A DNA stretch of 64,000 nt from an uncultured Spirochaetota bacterium (GTDB lineage Bacteria; Spirochaetota; Brevinematia; Brevinematales; JAOACQ01). Shown here one piece after another: positions 1 to 9,784 of this stretch. Each line of letters starts with the position of its first letter. Within the stretch, counting starts at the first letter, position 1. The notes beneath the pieces are model-generated. The model was not told where the DNA came from. It worked only from the letters and a program-made list of their open reading frames with translations, and ran no database searches. Location: NCBI GenBank assembly GCA_963835575.1, contig CAWIGG010000004.1, positions 32,001 to 96,000 on the forward strand, given 5' to 3'. The translations under genes and the position numbers were made by a program.

Positions 1-571
1 GAAAATTAAAAGCGATATTGAAAAGGCAAAGGCCGAAAAAGCCGATTTCATCATCGTGGCTTTCCACTGGGGAATCGAGTACATGCGCGCCCCCGATCCG
101 TCGCAGGTGGAAATGGCAAAAAGAATAGCCGCGTACGGAGCGGATATGATCCTCGGTTCGCACCCGCATGTCATTCAGCCGGCCGATATGATTGAAACCC
201 CCCAGCCCGACGGGTCCGTCCGGAAAACCTTTATCATCTATTCCTTTGGAAATTATCTCTGCACACAGCGCGGCCGCTATTCCGACTGCGGCGTCATGCT
301 CCGCTATAAAATCACAAAAGATCTGACAACCGGCAAAACAGCACTGAGCCCTGTGACCCATATACCCGTTTGGGTACTATGGCAGACAAATGCCAAAGCC
401 GGCCGTTACGATTCGAGGATACTGCCGGCATGGAAAGCTATGCAGGAGTACACCAACGGCAATCCGCAGAATCTTTCCACTAACGACTACGCGGCGATGA
501 AGACATCCTGGGACGACACTCTCCAGTTGCTGGACAAGCCGGAAATCGGATTTGTGCATGAGGAAGACTGA
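1..571 (+). CDS. CapA family (poly-gamma-glutamate synthesis-like) metallophosphoesterase, C-terminal part; 5' end outside window
   Basis: Motifs FHWGIEY, GADMILGSHPHVIQP and YSFGN are typical of CapA/PGA_cap; frame is open to the window edge. Confidence 0.85.
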   Translation, partial: KIKSDIEKAKAEKADFIIVAFHWGIEYMRAPDPSQVEMAKRIAAYGADMILGSHPHVIQPADMIETPQPDGSVRKTFIIYSFGNYLCTQRGRYSDCGVMLRYKITKDLTTGKTALSPVTHIPVWVLWQTNAKAGRYDSRILPAWKAMQEYTNGNPQNLSTNDYAAMKTSWDDTLQLLDKPEIGFVHEED

Positions 572-639
572 GATTATTTTAAGTGCGGTGGTTTAATTTA
601 CAGGAAGGCACAAAGACGGGAAGGAAAGGCTGTTAACCA

Positions 640-708
640 TCATTTTGAGCAATCATAGGAAAGAATGTTCAAATAAATAAAAACAAAACCGATAATTATC
701 CTTTTCAT
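640..708 (-). pseudogene. Probable truncated gene remnant encoding only a signal-peptide-like 22-mer (MKRIIIGFVFIYLNILSYDCSK)
   Basis: GGGGG SD-like motif and ATG 12 nt after the stop of the 714-aa gene; basic-hydrophobic N-terminus followed by TGA at 640-642. Confidence 0.35.
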
Positions 709-720
709 ATATCCCCCATC

Positions 721-2865
721 TTATTGAGCGGTTATATCGAATTTACCGACACCCACACCCTTTGACCCGTTCCAGACAGTAAAGAGCGATGTGTCCGGCA
801 GGACCACCATCCGGTAGTCATAGAAATTCGGCCCCATCTTCCCGGATGTTTTTAGAGCTTCCTTATCCCCCGCCGCGCTCCAGAGCCTGAGGAGCATTTT
901 TAAATTTCCTTCACGGTCTACCGCCGCGACTAGCGGGGAATAGTCATACATATCCATATCCAGCTTAACATCGAAATAGATCAAACCGTCCTTATCATCG
1001 CTGATATACCGGATCGATCTGACCTCCGGTTCTTTTTCGAGTTTTCGCTTGTTTTTCTTACCATTCACATAGTCCATCACTATTTGGCCTATCTTCAAAT
1101 CGCTTATCCGGATCCGGTTTTGAGCTTTCATACTCCCGACAGGATAGATATCAATCCAGAGGTCTTTTTCCCGGTCAGGTTTTAAGCTCCAGTCGTAAGC
1201 GTATGGTAAGCCGAAGAAAGAAGGAATACCTCTGTAAGTATTTTGATCCATAGACCGGATGTAGGGCGCATTATTCACTTTGTCGAGACCCCATTTTTCC
1301 TTATCCGTCCGGCCGAAGAGGTAATCCACCTTACCCATATAAAAATAGACCGGCCTGCCTTTCAATCCTCCCTCATCTTTAAAAAGCGCGTTTCCAAGAT
1401 AGACGTCATCTCCTTCAACCAAAAGAGAACCATAATAAAACCTTGTAACTTTTAAATATTTCTTATTTGGTACTAGTAATTCTACCACATTACTTTGCCT
1501 TAATTCTTTTAATTTCTTCATATTATATCCATAGACCCAGTTCAGGTTGCTGTATATGGCATAGAAATGAACATTATATTCATCTTCCACATTCACCATC
1601 CATGAAAGATGATGAATAGTATCATAATTCATGCCGCCCTTTGGATCACCAAAATAATCTGGAACATCTTTTTCCTTTTTCTTTTTTTCTCCCAGCGGGC
1701 CGAACAATTTTTTGCCATCTTTATCTAATTTATAGATATAGGGAAGACTTCCAACATATTCCAGATATCCTTCATCCGCATTAAATATCGCCTGTCCTCG
1801 GAACGTTCCCACTTCCACATATTTTTCAGATATCAATAATGTTCTGCCAAAAGCAGTCGCGTCATAACTATAAAGCTCCTGCCGGCCTTCCTGGTAGTCC
1901 TGAATGGGCGCGTAAACCCCCAGCCATTTGGGCTCGGCATAGGAATAAATCTTCGGTTTAAGTTTTTTTTCCGTCATATTAAAAATCACCATCCCCTGTG
2001 GAATCAGCATTCCGCCCAGCTTCTCATATTGTTCTATTTTATTGATATTGCTGTGAATTCCTTCCATTCTTTCATTATAAACCGTTTTTGTTTCTTCCTT
2101 GTATGTGTTCATAGCGGTCTTTTTTTCTTCAGCCACCGCCCCGGCAATCATTTTTCTGTAAAGCTCTTCTCTCAAATTTTCCCTGTCCAGGCTTTTTACC
2201 TGCCCGATATACTGAAAGTTTGTCTTCCATTCCACAGCATTGTTATCCACACCAACGCCTGCAGGCCAGAAATACCTTACAAAATAGACCGAATTGGTTC
2301 TGGAAAGCTCATCCGCTCCTATTTTCCGCTGTATTTTCAGTAATTCTGCCGGATCGGTAATTTCGTCCCAATAGTCCAGCGCATAGTTTCTCTTTTCTAT
2401 CTTATTCAGCCTGTCCAGGTTCTCCCTTTCGGTCAGGTTCAGGTTTCCCTGTTTTGACGTTCCATTCCTGGCGGCTTTCTGATCATACCAGGTCGTGAAA
2501 TTAAAGATTTTCTGATCTATACTGTCCTGAAGAAGGCTTTTGTTCCTTGCCAGAATTTCATCCTGAAGAAGCTTTGTATAGCTGAAATCCTTATTTGAAA
2601 TGCTTATTGTCTGAATGGCTTTTGTCAGTTCCTCCGGTTCCTTGAAATCCTTTGATGTATAATATTTTAAATTTCCAGTATATTCTTTTATTGTAAAATA
2701 ATTGGCTATTTTCTGAACGGCGGCAGATTCTGTTGAAATTTGTTCTTTCGTGTTAGAGACCTTCGCCTGCGGTTTCACCGTCGAGGGCCGCGTCCCCGTC
2801 CCGCACGCGCACATCAGCGCCGCGGTTATAATAATGACGATGGATATTGATAATGATTTCTTCAT
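721..2865 (-). CDS. Hypothetical lipoprotein, 714 aa
   Basis: Long ORF, AGGAG SD, signal peptide with lipobox-like MCAC; no recognisable family. Confidence 0.75.
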   Translation of the reverse strand: MKKSLSISIVIIITAALMCACGTGTRPSTVKPQAKVSNTKEQISTESAAVQKIANYFTIKEYTGNLKYYTSKDFKEPEELTKAIQTISISNKDFSYTKLLQDEILARNKSLLQDSIDQKIFNFTTWYDQKAARNGTSKQGNLNLTERENLDRLNKIEKRNYALDYWDEITDPAELLKIQRKIGADELSRTNSVYFVRYFWPAGVGVDNNAVEWKTNFQYIGQVKSLDRENLREELYRKMIAGAVAEEKKTAMNTYKEETKTVYNERMEGIHSNINKIEQYEKLGGMLIPQGMVIFNMTEKKLKPKIYSYAEPKWLGVYAPIQDYQEGRQELYSYDATAFGRTLLISEKYVEVGTFRGQAIFNADEGYLEYVGSLPYIYKLDKDGKKLFGPLGEKKKKEKDVPDYFGDPKGGMNYDTIHHLSWMVNVEDEYNVHFYAIYSNLNWVYGYNMKKLKELRQSNVVELLVPNKKYLKVTRFYYGSLLVEGDDVYLGNALFKDEGGLKGRPVYFYMGKVDYLFGRTDKEKWGLDKVNNAPYIRSMDQNTYRGIPSFFGLPYAYDWSLKPDREKDLWIDIYPVGSMKAQNRIRISDLKIGQIVMDYVNGKKNKRKLEKEPEVRSIRYISDDKDGLIYFDVKLDMDMYDYSPLVAAVDREGNLKMLLRLWSAAGDKEALKTSGKMGPNFYDYRMVVLPDTSLFTVWNGSKGVGVGKFDITAQ

Positions 2866-3084
2866 TTTGGGTCTCCTGTTTGTTTTATATCTCTTTTTTA
2901 ATGTTTAAACGTTTCCTGTATTAAATACGGTCGTCTCGGTAGTGCGGCAAAGCAGGTAGCAGAAAACTCGACCGGGCTTTCGGTATTGAAACGCCCGATT
3001 CCATCATAAAGAACCACCAATCATCCAGACACAACAATACCCATACCAGTTCTCTGTATCCGTGGCTAATCTCCGTGGTTTCCC

Positions 3085-3828
3085 TCAAAACAAAAAGCTT
3101 GTGATATCAATGACCATGTCCTCCAGGTCGTAATTAAGCGATGATAATAATTCGGAGCTTTCTGAAGGGTATTCATAATTAATAAAATTCTTCGAATTGA
3201 AACTGACCGGCGTGTTTCCTGTCACCCGGATAGTCCTCTGATAAATATCGGCAAGTGATAATTCCAGCCCTTCAATAACATGATTTTTTTTAGCTTCTCC
3301 GTCCAGTTTCTGAAAAATATCCAGAATATCCATTTCATAAATAAGAAAGAACCTGGAATTGTCCCTAACCGCGATCTGTTCAGTCTTATCCAGGCGTACA
3401 GCGTTGATCAAACGGACGGGAGGATTATTAATGAACTGGAAACAATGGCGGGAAATAATATTCGGAATGAACAAAATCCTGGCCTCATAAAACTCATTTA
3501 AAAAGGAAATATAAGAATCAACTATCCTCTGCAGCCGCAGATGAGATTCTAAATTTGTCCGGAAAGGATAATGACGGACGGCAATAAGGATGCTGTTCCG
3601 GCTGTCAAACAGCTCCAGAACAGAAGTCAATTCAGCGAATTGATTGTATAGAACGCGTTCCGTGATATTCCTGTTGAAAATATCAAAGGTGAGGTCTATA
3701 TAAAGCTTTCGGGTCAGCATAGACGGCCTTTCTCCGCCGGACACTATCTGGAAATCCTTGATGAGACCCAGCTTTTCTTCAAGCGCCTTCATTTCAGTAT
3801 GATCGGGAAGAATCAAAACCGAAGACAT
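3085..3828 (-). CDS. Hypothetical protein (possibly degenerate SDR/epimerase-like fold)
   Basis: ORF with AAGGAGAG SD before ATG at 3828; fold guess is weak. Confidence 0.6.
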   Translation of the reverse strand: MSSVLILPDHTEMKALEEKLGLIKDFQIVSGGERPSMLTRKLYIDLTFDIFNRNITERVLYNQFAELTSVLELFDSRNSILIAVRHYPFRTNLESHLRLQRIVDSYISFLNEFYEARILFIPNIISRHCFQFINNPPVRLINAVRLDKTEQIAVRDNSRFFLIYEMDILDIFQKLDGEAKKNHVIEGLELSLADIYQRTIRVTGNTPVSFNSKNFINYEYPSESSELLSSLNYDLEDMVIDITSFLF

Positions 3829-4073
3829 AGCACTCTCCTTCAACTAATATAAAATGAGAGGGGACAATTGTCAAAAAGAGGGTAATATGATTTTCTAATT
3901 TGAACGATTATTTTTATAACTGCTTATTATATTGCGCATTTCATGATTTTCAAAATCCTTTGATTGACTTTTTCATTTTATTATTTATAATTATGAATAA
4001 TAAAGAACTTCAAATTTTTAAAACATATCTTATTAAATTATTGTACTTTGATTTCCTATTCTCAGGAGGCATT

Positions 4074-5411
4074 ATGAAAAGGACTACCCGGGTTAAAGAT
4101 ACAAACCCCCATTCAATGAACCAGGTACTGGGCCTGATCCTCGGCGGAGGAAAAGGGACACGCCTTTATCCTCTCACAAAAGAGCGTTCAAAACCCGCGG
4201 TCCCGTTCGGCGGAAGCTACAGGCTGATAGACATTCCTATTTCGAATTGCATTAATTCCAGCATCAACCGCGTATTTGTTATGACGCAATTCAACTCGAC
4301 ATCCCTGAACAGGCATATCACACAGACATATAAATTTGATATTTTCCACAACGGCTTTGTCGACATTCTGGCGACAGAGCAAACTCATGACAGTCCCACA
4401 AGCGGTTTTACGCAGGGAACAGCGGACGCCGTGCGCCGCGCTCTTATGCACTTACGGAGCTTCCGTGAATCCGGCGACACAAAATATGTCCTGCTCCTCT
4501 CCGGCGACCAGCTTTATTACATGAATTTCCGCACGGTCCTTGCGGCCCATATTGAAAATAAAGCCCAGATTACACTGGGCATCATTCCCGTTTCCGAAGA
4601 AAATATATCCCGGTTCGGCATTCTTAAAATAGATGAAAACTGCCGTATTACGAATTTCGTTGAAAAGCCTAAAAGCAGGGAGGATATAAAAGGATGGAAC
4701 GCTTCTAAAAAATACGCCTCCTTATGCGGGGAAGGCAGGCCTTATTTCGGTTCCATGGGTATTTATCTTTTTAATATTGAAACCCTGTATGACCTGCTTC
4801 TTACCCATCCCGAAATGCTTGATTTCGGAAAAGAAGTGATCCCCTATTCCATAGAAAATAAGTATGAAGTTTACGGATTTGTCCATAATGATTACTGGGA
4901 AGATATTGGAACAATAAAATCATTTCATCAGGCCAATATTGAGTTGACCCGGGATAAAGGGGCTTTTGATCTTTTTAACCTCTCCAGCCCGTTTTTCAGC
5001 CGCCCGCGCTTTCTGCCCCCTGCCAAGATTTCTAATTCAAAAATCGATTCGTCAATAATCAGCCAGGGAGTAAAAATCGAGGAATCAACCATTAAGAATA
5101 GTGTGATCGGCATCAGAAGCATTATAAAAAAAGGCAATAAAATTGAAAACAGCGCCATAACCGGCGCGGATTTTTACGAGACCGAAGAAGCAAAGTTATC
5201 AAACATAGAAAAAAAAATACCCAATATCGGCATTGATGAAAACACAATCATTAAAAACGCTATTCTGGATAAGAACTGCCGGATCGGTAAAAACGTAAAA
5301 ATCATAAATGAGGGAGGCATACTTAATAAGGAAGAAAAAAATTACGCGATTGTGGACGGAATTGTTGTCATTGTTAAAAACGCGATTATTCCCGACGGGA
5401 CAGTCATTTAA
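4074..5411 (+). CDS. glgC: Glucose-1-phosphate adenylyltransferase
   Basis: LILGGGKGTRLYPLTKERSKPAVPFGG, QGTADAVR, LSGDQLY, FVEKP, YWEDIGT; AGGAGG SD before ATG 4074. Confidence 0.96.
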   Translation: MKRTTRVKDTNPHSMNQVLGLILGGGKGTRLYPLTKERSKPAVPFGGSYRLIDIPISNCINSSINRVFVMTQFNSTSLNRHITQTYKFDIFHNGFVDILATEQTHDSPTSGFTQGTADAVRRALMHLRSFRESGDTKYVLLLSGDQLYYMNFRTVLAAHIENKAQITLGIIPVSEENISRFGILKIDENCRITNFVEKPKSREDIKGWNASKKYASLCGEGRPYFGSMGIYLFNIETLYDLLLTHPEMLDFGKEVIPYSIENKYEVYGFVHNDYWEDIGTIKSFHQANIELTRDKGAFDLFNLSSPFFSRPRFLPPAKISNSKIDSSIISQGVKIEESTIKNSVIGIRSIIKKGNKIENSAITGADFYETEEAKLSNIEKKIPNIGIDENTIIKNAILDKNCRIGKNVKIINEGGILNKEEKNYAIVDGIVVIVKNAIIPDGTVI

Positions 5412-5541
5412 TTAAAATAATACAATTTACAATTGTTTTTCAATCCGAATTTATTAAAAATCAATCCATATGGCCTGCTGGCTCATTTAATTTCAATCCC
5501 ATGGCTGCCGAAAATAATATTTATTCAGCAGGAAGTTCCTT

Positions 5542-5982
5542 ATGAAAGCAGTTGTCCAGAGGGTAACGTACGCTTCCGTCAGCGTGGAAGGAAAAATGAT
5601 AAACGAAATAAAAAAAGGGCTGGTTGTATTTGCCGGATTAGGCCGGGATGATACAGAAAAGGACATGGAATACCTGGCCCGCAAGATTTTTTCTTTACGG
5701 ATATTCCCTGACGGCAATAAAGAAAGCGCTCTTTCCGTGCATGATATAAGCGGCGAGATCCTGCTGATATCCCAATTTACTCTTTACGGTGATGTCAAAA
5801 AAGGCAACCGGCCTTCTTTTACCCGGGCAATGGAAGCTTCGAAAGCCGGTCTTTTTTTTGAAAGATTTTATGAAATATTAAAAATAACCGGGATTGCGGT
5901 AAAATGCGGTATTTTTCAGGCAATGATGAAAATAAAGCTTGAGAACGACGGCCCCTATACCATAGTCATTGATTCGAAATAA
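5542..5982 (+). CDS. dtd: D-aminoacyl-tRNA deacylase
   Basis: MKAVVQRV, SQFTLYGD, KGNRPSF, NDGPYT motifs. Confidence 0.96.
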   Translation: MKAVVQRVTYASVSVEGKMINEIKKGLVVFAGLGRDDTEKDMEYLARKIFSLRIFPDGNKESALSVHDISGEILLISQFTLYGDVKKGNRPSFTRAMEASKAGLFFERFYEILKITGIAVKCGIFQAMMKIKLENDGPYTIVIDSK

Positions 5983-5999
5983 AAAAAACCGGAGAGGTT

Positions 6000-6821
6000 A
6001 TGAAAGTCAAGTTCTGGGGTGTCAGGGGATCGATCCCTACTCCCGAAGAAAATAACATGAAAGTCGGCGGCAATACAGCCTGTGTTGAGCTCACTCTCGG
6101 GGAAAAAAGGATCATTCTTGACATGGGAACCGGCATCCGTGAACTGGGTAAAGAAATTGTAAAAGAGATAGAGGCCGGTAAAACAAAAGAGATCACAATA
6201 CTTTTAAGCCATACGCACTGGGACCATATTCAGGGTTTTCCTTTCTTTAATCCCATATATATTCCGAATATCAAAATTATTATTTACGGGCCGGAAAAAG
6301 CAAACCGCCATCTCCAGGTTCTCCTTGAAGAACAGATGGAATATGATTATTTTCCCGTTAAATTCAGCCACCTGCCGGCAAAAATAGAATTTCATGAACT
6401 TCCGGAGGGTTTTCACTCCATTATGGACGGGGTTAAAATTGAAGCCCGTCGGCATATTCATCCGGCCATTGCCTATGGATACCGGATTACATACGATGGC
6501 CATGCCGTGGTATATTCAACCGATACCGAACATTTCCATAATGTAATTGATAAAAGAGTTGTTGATATCTCTGAAGGAGCGGACATGCTCATCCATGACG
6601 CTCAATATTCAGATGCAGAAATCGGTTACCGCCTCGGATGGGGCCATAGTACATGGAGGCAGGCGGCCCAGGTGGCCATCGACAGCAAGGTAAAAAACCT
6701 CTATCTTTTTCATCATGACCAGGACCGCAATGACAGCGAGGCTTTTAAAATTGAAGAACAGGCAAAACAGGTTTTCCCGTCAACATTTCTTGCATGTGAA
6801 AGAAATGTTATAGATATCTAA
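6000..6821 (+). CDS. MBL-fold metallo-hydrolase
   Basis: FWGVRGSIP, GGNTACV, SHTHWDHIQG, HDAQY, GHS, FHHD motifs. Confidence 0.9.
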   Translation: MKVKFWGVRGSIPTPEENNMKVGGNTACVELTLGEKRIILDMGTGIRELGKEIVKEIEAGKTKEITILLSHTHWDHIQGFPFFNPIYIPNIKIIIYGPEKANRHLQVLLEEQMEYDYFPVKFSHLPAKIEFHELPEGFHSIMDGVKIEARRHIHPAIAYGYRITYDGHAVVYSTDTEHFHNVIDKRVVDISEGADMLIHDAQYSDAEIGYRLGWGHSTWRQAAQVAIDSKVKNLYLFHHDQDRNDSEAFKIEEQAKQVFPSTFLACERNVIDI

Positions 6822-7591
6822 TCCAGATTATAAATTCTTTTGAAATTTTCTGTTATTACTGTTTCCAATTCAATTAATTCAACATTTCGCAGCTGTGCCA
6901 GATACTGATAGGTATAAATAACATTCAAAGGATTATTCTTTTGTCCCCTGACCGGCTGAGGGGATAAATAGGGCGCATCCGTTTCAAGCAATATTCTGTT
7001 TAATGGGACCATAAGCGCGGCATTCCGGATTCCGCCGGCATTGGGATAGGTTATATTTCCTGCGAATGATATATAAAAACCCCTTTCCAGAAATTTTTCC
7101 GCTTCTTTTTCTGAATAAGTAAAACAATGAATAATTACAGGATTTTCAGGCGAATAATCAGACAGGATCCGGTATGTGTCCTCAAAAGCCTCCCGTGAAT
7201 GCACAATAAGCGGTAAATTCAAATCCACACTTGTTTCTATTTGAGATCTGAACAAAATTTCCTGCTCTTTCGGCGTTCCGTAGTCCCAATGATAATCAAT
7301 TCCTGCCTCACCAACAGCCTGGGGCCTTTTTTCATTTAAAAGACGTTCAAAATCAAGCTTCATTTGAGGATTGTAAGAACCGGCCAGTTCCGGATAAAGC
7401 CCGCAGGAAAGTAATAGATTGGAAGGCAGTTTCCTTGCCGTTATATTCAAGAATTCACCTGCATTTGTCGATATATCAACAAGATAAAGTAATTGAGAAG
7501 AAATTTGCCGGATTCCGCCGTCAAGAGTTGATTGATCGCTATAACAGTGCAAAAGATGGCAATGACTGTCAATAATCATTGTTTTACTCAA
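6818..7591 (-). CDS. tatD: TatD family hydrolase
   Basis: IDSHCHL, VGEAGIDY, VHSREA, HCF, LETDAPYLSP. Confidence 0.92.
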   Translation of the reverse strand: MSKTMIIDSHCHLLHCYSDQSTLDGGIRQISSQLLYLVDISTNAGEFLNITARKLPSNLLLSCGLYPELAGSYNPQMKLDFERLLNEKRPQAVGEAGIDYHWDYGTPKEQEILFRSQIETSVDLNLPLIVHSREAFEDTYRILSDYSPENPVIIHCFTYSEKEAEKFLERGFYISFAGNITYPNAGGIRNAALMVPLNRILLETDAPYLSPQPVRGQKNNPLNVIYTYQYLAQLRNVELIELETVITENFKRIYNLD

Positions 7592-7687
7592 TTTTGTTAT
7601 ATTTTGCTTGACTTTATTATAAAGTGAGATAGAATTATAGTCTCAAAAGCAGTCTGAGTCAAATTATCAAATTTTTTGTGAAAAATA

Positions 7688-7716
7688 TTGAATAAGTGCT
7701 GATTTCAATTTATAAT
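7688..7716 (+). promoter_or_regulatory. Sigma70-type promoter of the M23-lpxAB operon
   Basis: TTGAAT-17 bp-TATAAT upstream of an AGGAGG SD. Confidence 0.55.
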
Positions 7717-7761
7717 GTAGGTTGCCATTTCTTTGATACTTGAATTAAAAAGGAGGGCAAA

Positions 7762-8796
7762 ATGGCAAATTATAGTAAGAATCGTCCTGTTTTCAAATCT
7801 AAAGCTGAAATGTATAAAAAGTCAAAATGGATGAAATTCAAAGAAGTTGTCACCCTTTACTACAGTAATGTAAAGAGATGGTTTGCCAAGATTTTTTATA
7901 AAATCAATGAAAAAGGCTCTCAGAGGCTTACCATCATGGTTGTGCCTCATTCTGAAAAAAAGATCGTCAATATTCAGATTTCAAATTATATTTTGTTCTT
8001 TTTCAGCATTGTGCTCACCATCACGATTGTGACTTCAGTTCTGGCCATAGCCAATAATCAGCAGACCCATAAGCAGTATGTTTTTCTCAAACAGGAAGAC
8101 GAACTGAAGCGCAGGCAGATAGAGGACTTTAAGAAAAAGATTGAAAGCTTCGACAAGCGCTTTACCATGTTTAAAGTTGATATAAACAATATCATTAAAT
8201 CTGTCGGTAAAGATAAAAATATTTATAATTACAATGAAATTGAACTTCTTAATGAATATTCAAACAATAATGAAACAAGAGAGGCAAAAACTCTTAATAA
8301 ACTTAAATTGGATTTAGAGATCACAAAAGATAATATACTGAGGATTGGAAAATGCATCGAAGAATGGGACAGCCTTCTCAATTCCATTCCTTCCAAATAT
8401 CCTCTTCCTTTCAAAGCGGTTATTACCTCCCATTACGGCCCAAGAGTTGACCCTGTTTACACCTGGAAAATGGAATTTCATCCCGGCCTGGATATGTGCA
8501 TAATCCCTGGCACTTCAATCCTTGCTTCAGCAGACGGGGAAGTTAGTCTTGCAGGCTGGCATGGCGGCTATGGCTTTATGGTGGAAATCAAGCATAAATA
8601 CGGATTTTCAACGCGGTATGCGCATATGATGGATTTCGGCCCCGGTATTGTTGTCGGAGCCAAGGTTAAACAAGGGCAGGTAATCGGTTATGTGGGCACC
8701 AGCGGTAAATCAACAGGCTATCATCTGCATTATGAAGTGAGAATCGGAGATAAAACAGTCGATCCGGATCCTTTCACAAGCATGATGATACCTTAA
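7762..8796 (+). CDS. Membrane-anchored M23 family peptidoglycan endopeptidase with coiled coil
   Basis: TM helix, coiled coil, HPGLD, YAHM and HLHYEVR M23 motifs. Confidence 0.92.
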   Translation: MANYSKNRPVFKSKAEMYKKSKWMKFKEVVTLYYSNVKRWFAKIFYKINEKGSQRLTIMVVPHSEKKIVNIQISNYILFFFSIVLTITIVTSVLAIANNQQTHKQYVFLKQEDELKRRQIEDFKKKIESFDKRFTMFKVDINNIIKSVGKDKNIYNYNEIELLNEYSNNNETREAKTLNKLKLDLEITKDNILRIGKCIEEWDSLLNSIPSKYPLPFKAVITSHYGPRVDPVYTWKMEFHPGLDMCIIPGTSILASADGEVSLAGWHGGYGFMVEIKHKYGFSTRYAHMMDFGPGIVVGAKVKQGQVIGYVGTSGKSTGYHLHYEVRIGDKTVDPDPFTSMMIP

Positions 8797-8816
8797 GCTT
8801 ACAACGGGGGGTACTG

Positions 8817-9263
8817 ATGGATTCCATTGAACTTAAAAATGGCGACTTGAAGAGCGATGATTTAAACGGCAAATCTTTCATTTCAAACAGCGTCATCGGC
8901 AGGGATAATGCTTTTTCGGGAGAATTCCATTCCGATGGGTTATTAAGGATTGACGGGGATTTTAAGGGAATTATAAAAGGATATGGCGTTGTCCTCGTCG
9001 GGGAAAAGGGAAGAATAGTAGGCGATATATATGCCCGTATGATCAGGATCGGCGGGAAAATAAAAGGAAATATTTACGCCCTGGAAAGAGTAGATATCCT
9101 CTCGACAGGAAAGCTCTATGGCGATCTCTGGACCAAAAAATGCCTGGCGGAAGAAGGAATGTTGTTTACAGGCCAGAGCAAGATCGATACAAAGAATGAG
9201 ATAGACGCCGTTTTTGAAAAAAGCGTTAAACATTCTTCTCCGCTCATTACTGAGGATTTCTAA
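8817..9263 (+). CDS. Bactofilin (polymer-forming cytoskeletal protein)
   Basis: SVIG...LRIDGDFKG...VGEKGRIVGDI...IGGKIKGNI beta-helix repeats. Confidence 0.88.
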   Translation: MDSIELKNGDLKSDDLNGKSFISNSVIGRDNAFSGEFHSDGLLRIDGDFKGIIKGYGVVLVGEKGRIVGDIYARMIRIGGKIKGNIYALERVDILSTGKLYGDLWTKKCLAEEGMLFTGQSKIDTKNEIDAVFEKSVKHSSPLITEDF

Positions 9264-9277
9264 GTCAAGGGGATAAG

Positions 9278-9784
9278 ATGCAGGAGAATTCACGGGTCAT
9301 CATCGGCGTTATAAATAACGGTTTTATAATAAAAGTTATCGGCAAAGGAACAATGGAATACTGCTCAGATTTGTTTCAATTCCTGTCCGATAAAATCGAA
9401 AAGGAAAATGCGGATAATATTTATTTTGATTTATCTGAAACGTCTTATCTGGACAGTTCTTTTATCGGAGTCATTGTTTCCATTCAGAAAAAGCTCAGGA
9501 AAGTAAAAAATTCCAATCTCATCCTGCTTAATCCGTCTGAGAAAGCCAAAGAAATACTATCAACTATGGGTCTTCTTGAAATCATACCGATCCAGGAAGA
9601 TCATGTTTTTAAAAATATGGAAATCAGCGGGGAAATAAAAAAAAGACTGGAAAAAAATTATCAGGATATTCAGGTATTGCTTGAATCACATCAAAATCTT
9701 ATGGAACTGAATAGTGAGAATCGTAAACGCTTCGGTCTTGTTGAAGAAATGCTGAAAAAGGAACTGGAAAAGGAGAAAAAATGA
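9278..9784 (+). CDS. STAS domain / anti-sigma factor antagonist
   Basis: FDLSETSYLDSSFIG motif, LLNPS...LSTMGL. Confidence 0.85.
   Translation: MQENSRVIIGVINNGFIIKVIGKGTMEYCSDLFQFLSDKIEKENADNIYFDLSETSYLDSSFIGVIVSIQKKLRKVKNSNLILLNPSEKAKEILSTMGLLEIIPIQEDHVFKNMEISGEIKKRLEKNYQDIQVLLESHQNLMELNSENRKRFGLVEEMLKKELEKEKK

Noticed and set aside
721..2865. Diversity-generating retroelement target or integron cassette
   Set aside because: No template/variable repeat pair, reverse transcriptase, integrase or attC-like site was seen
3900..4073. N-terminal extension of glgC in the ORF track
   Set aside because: AT-rich promoter region; the SD supports the ATG at 4074
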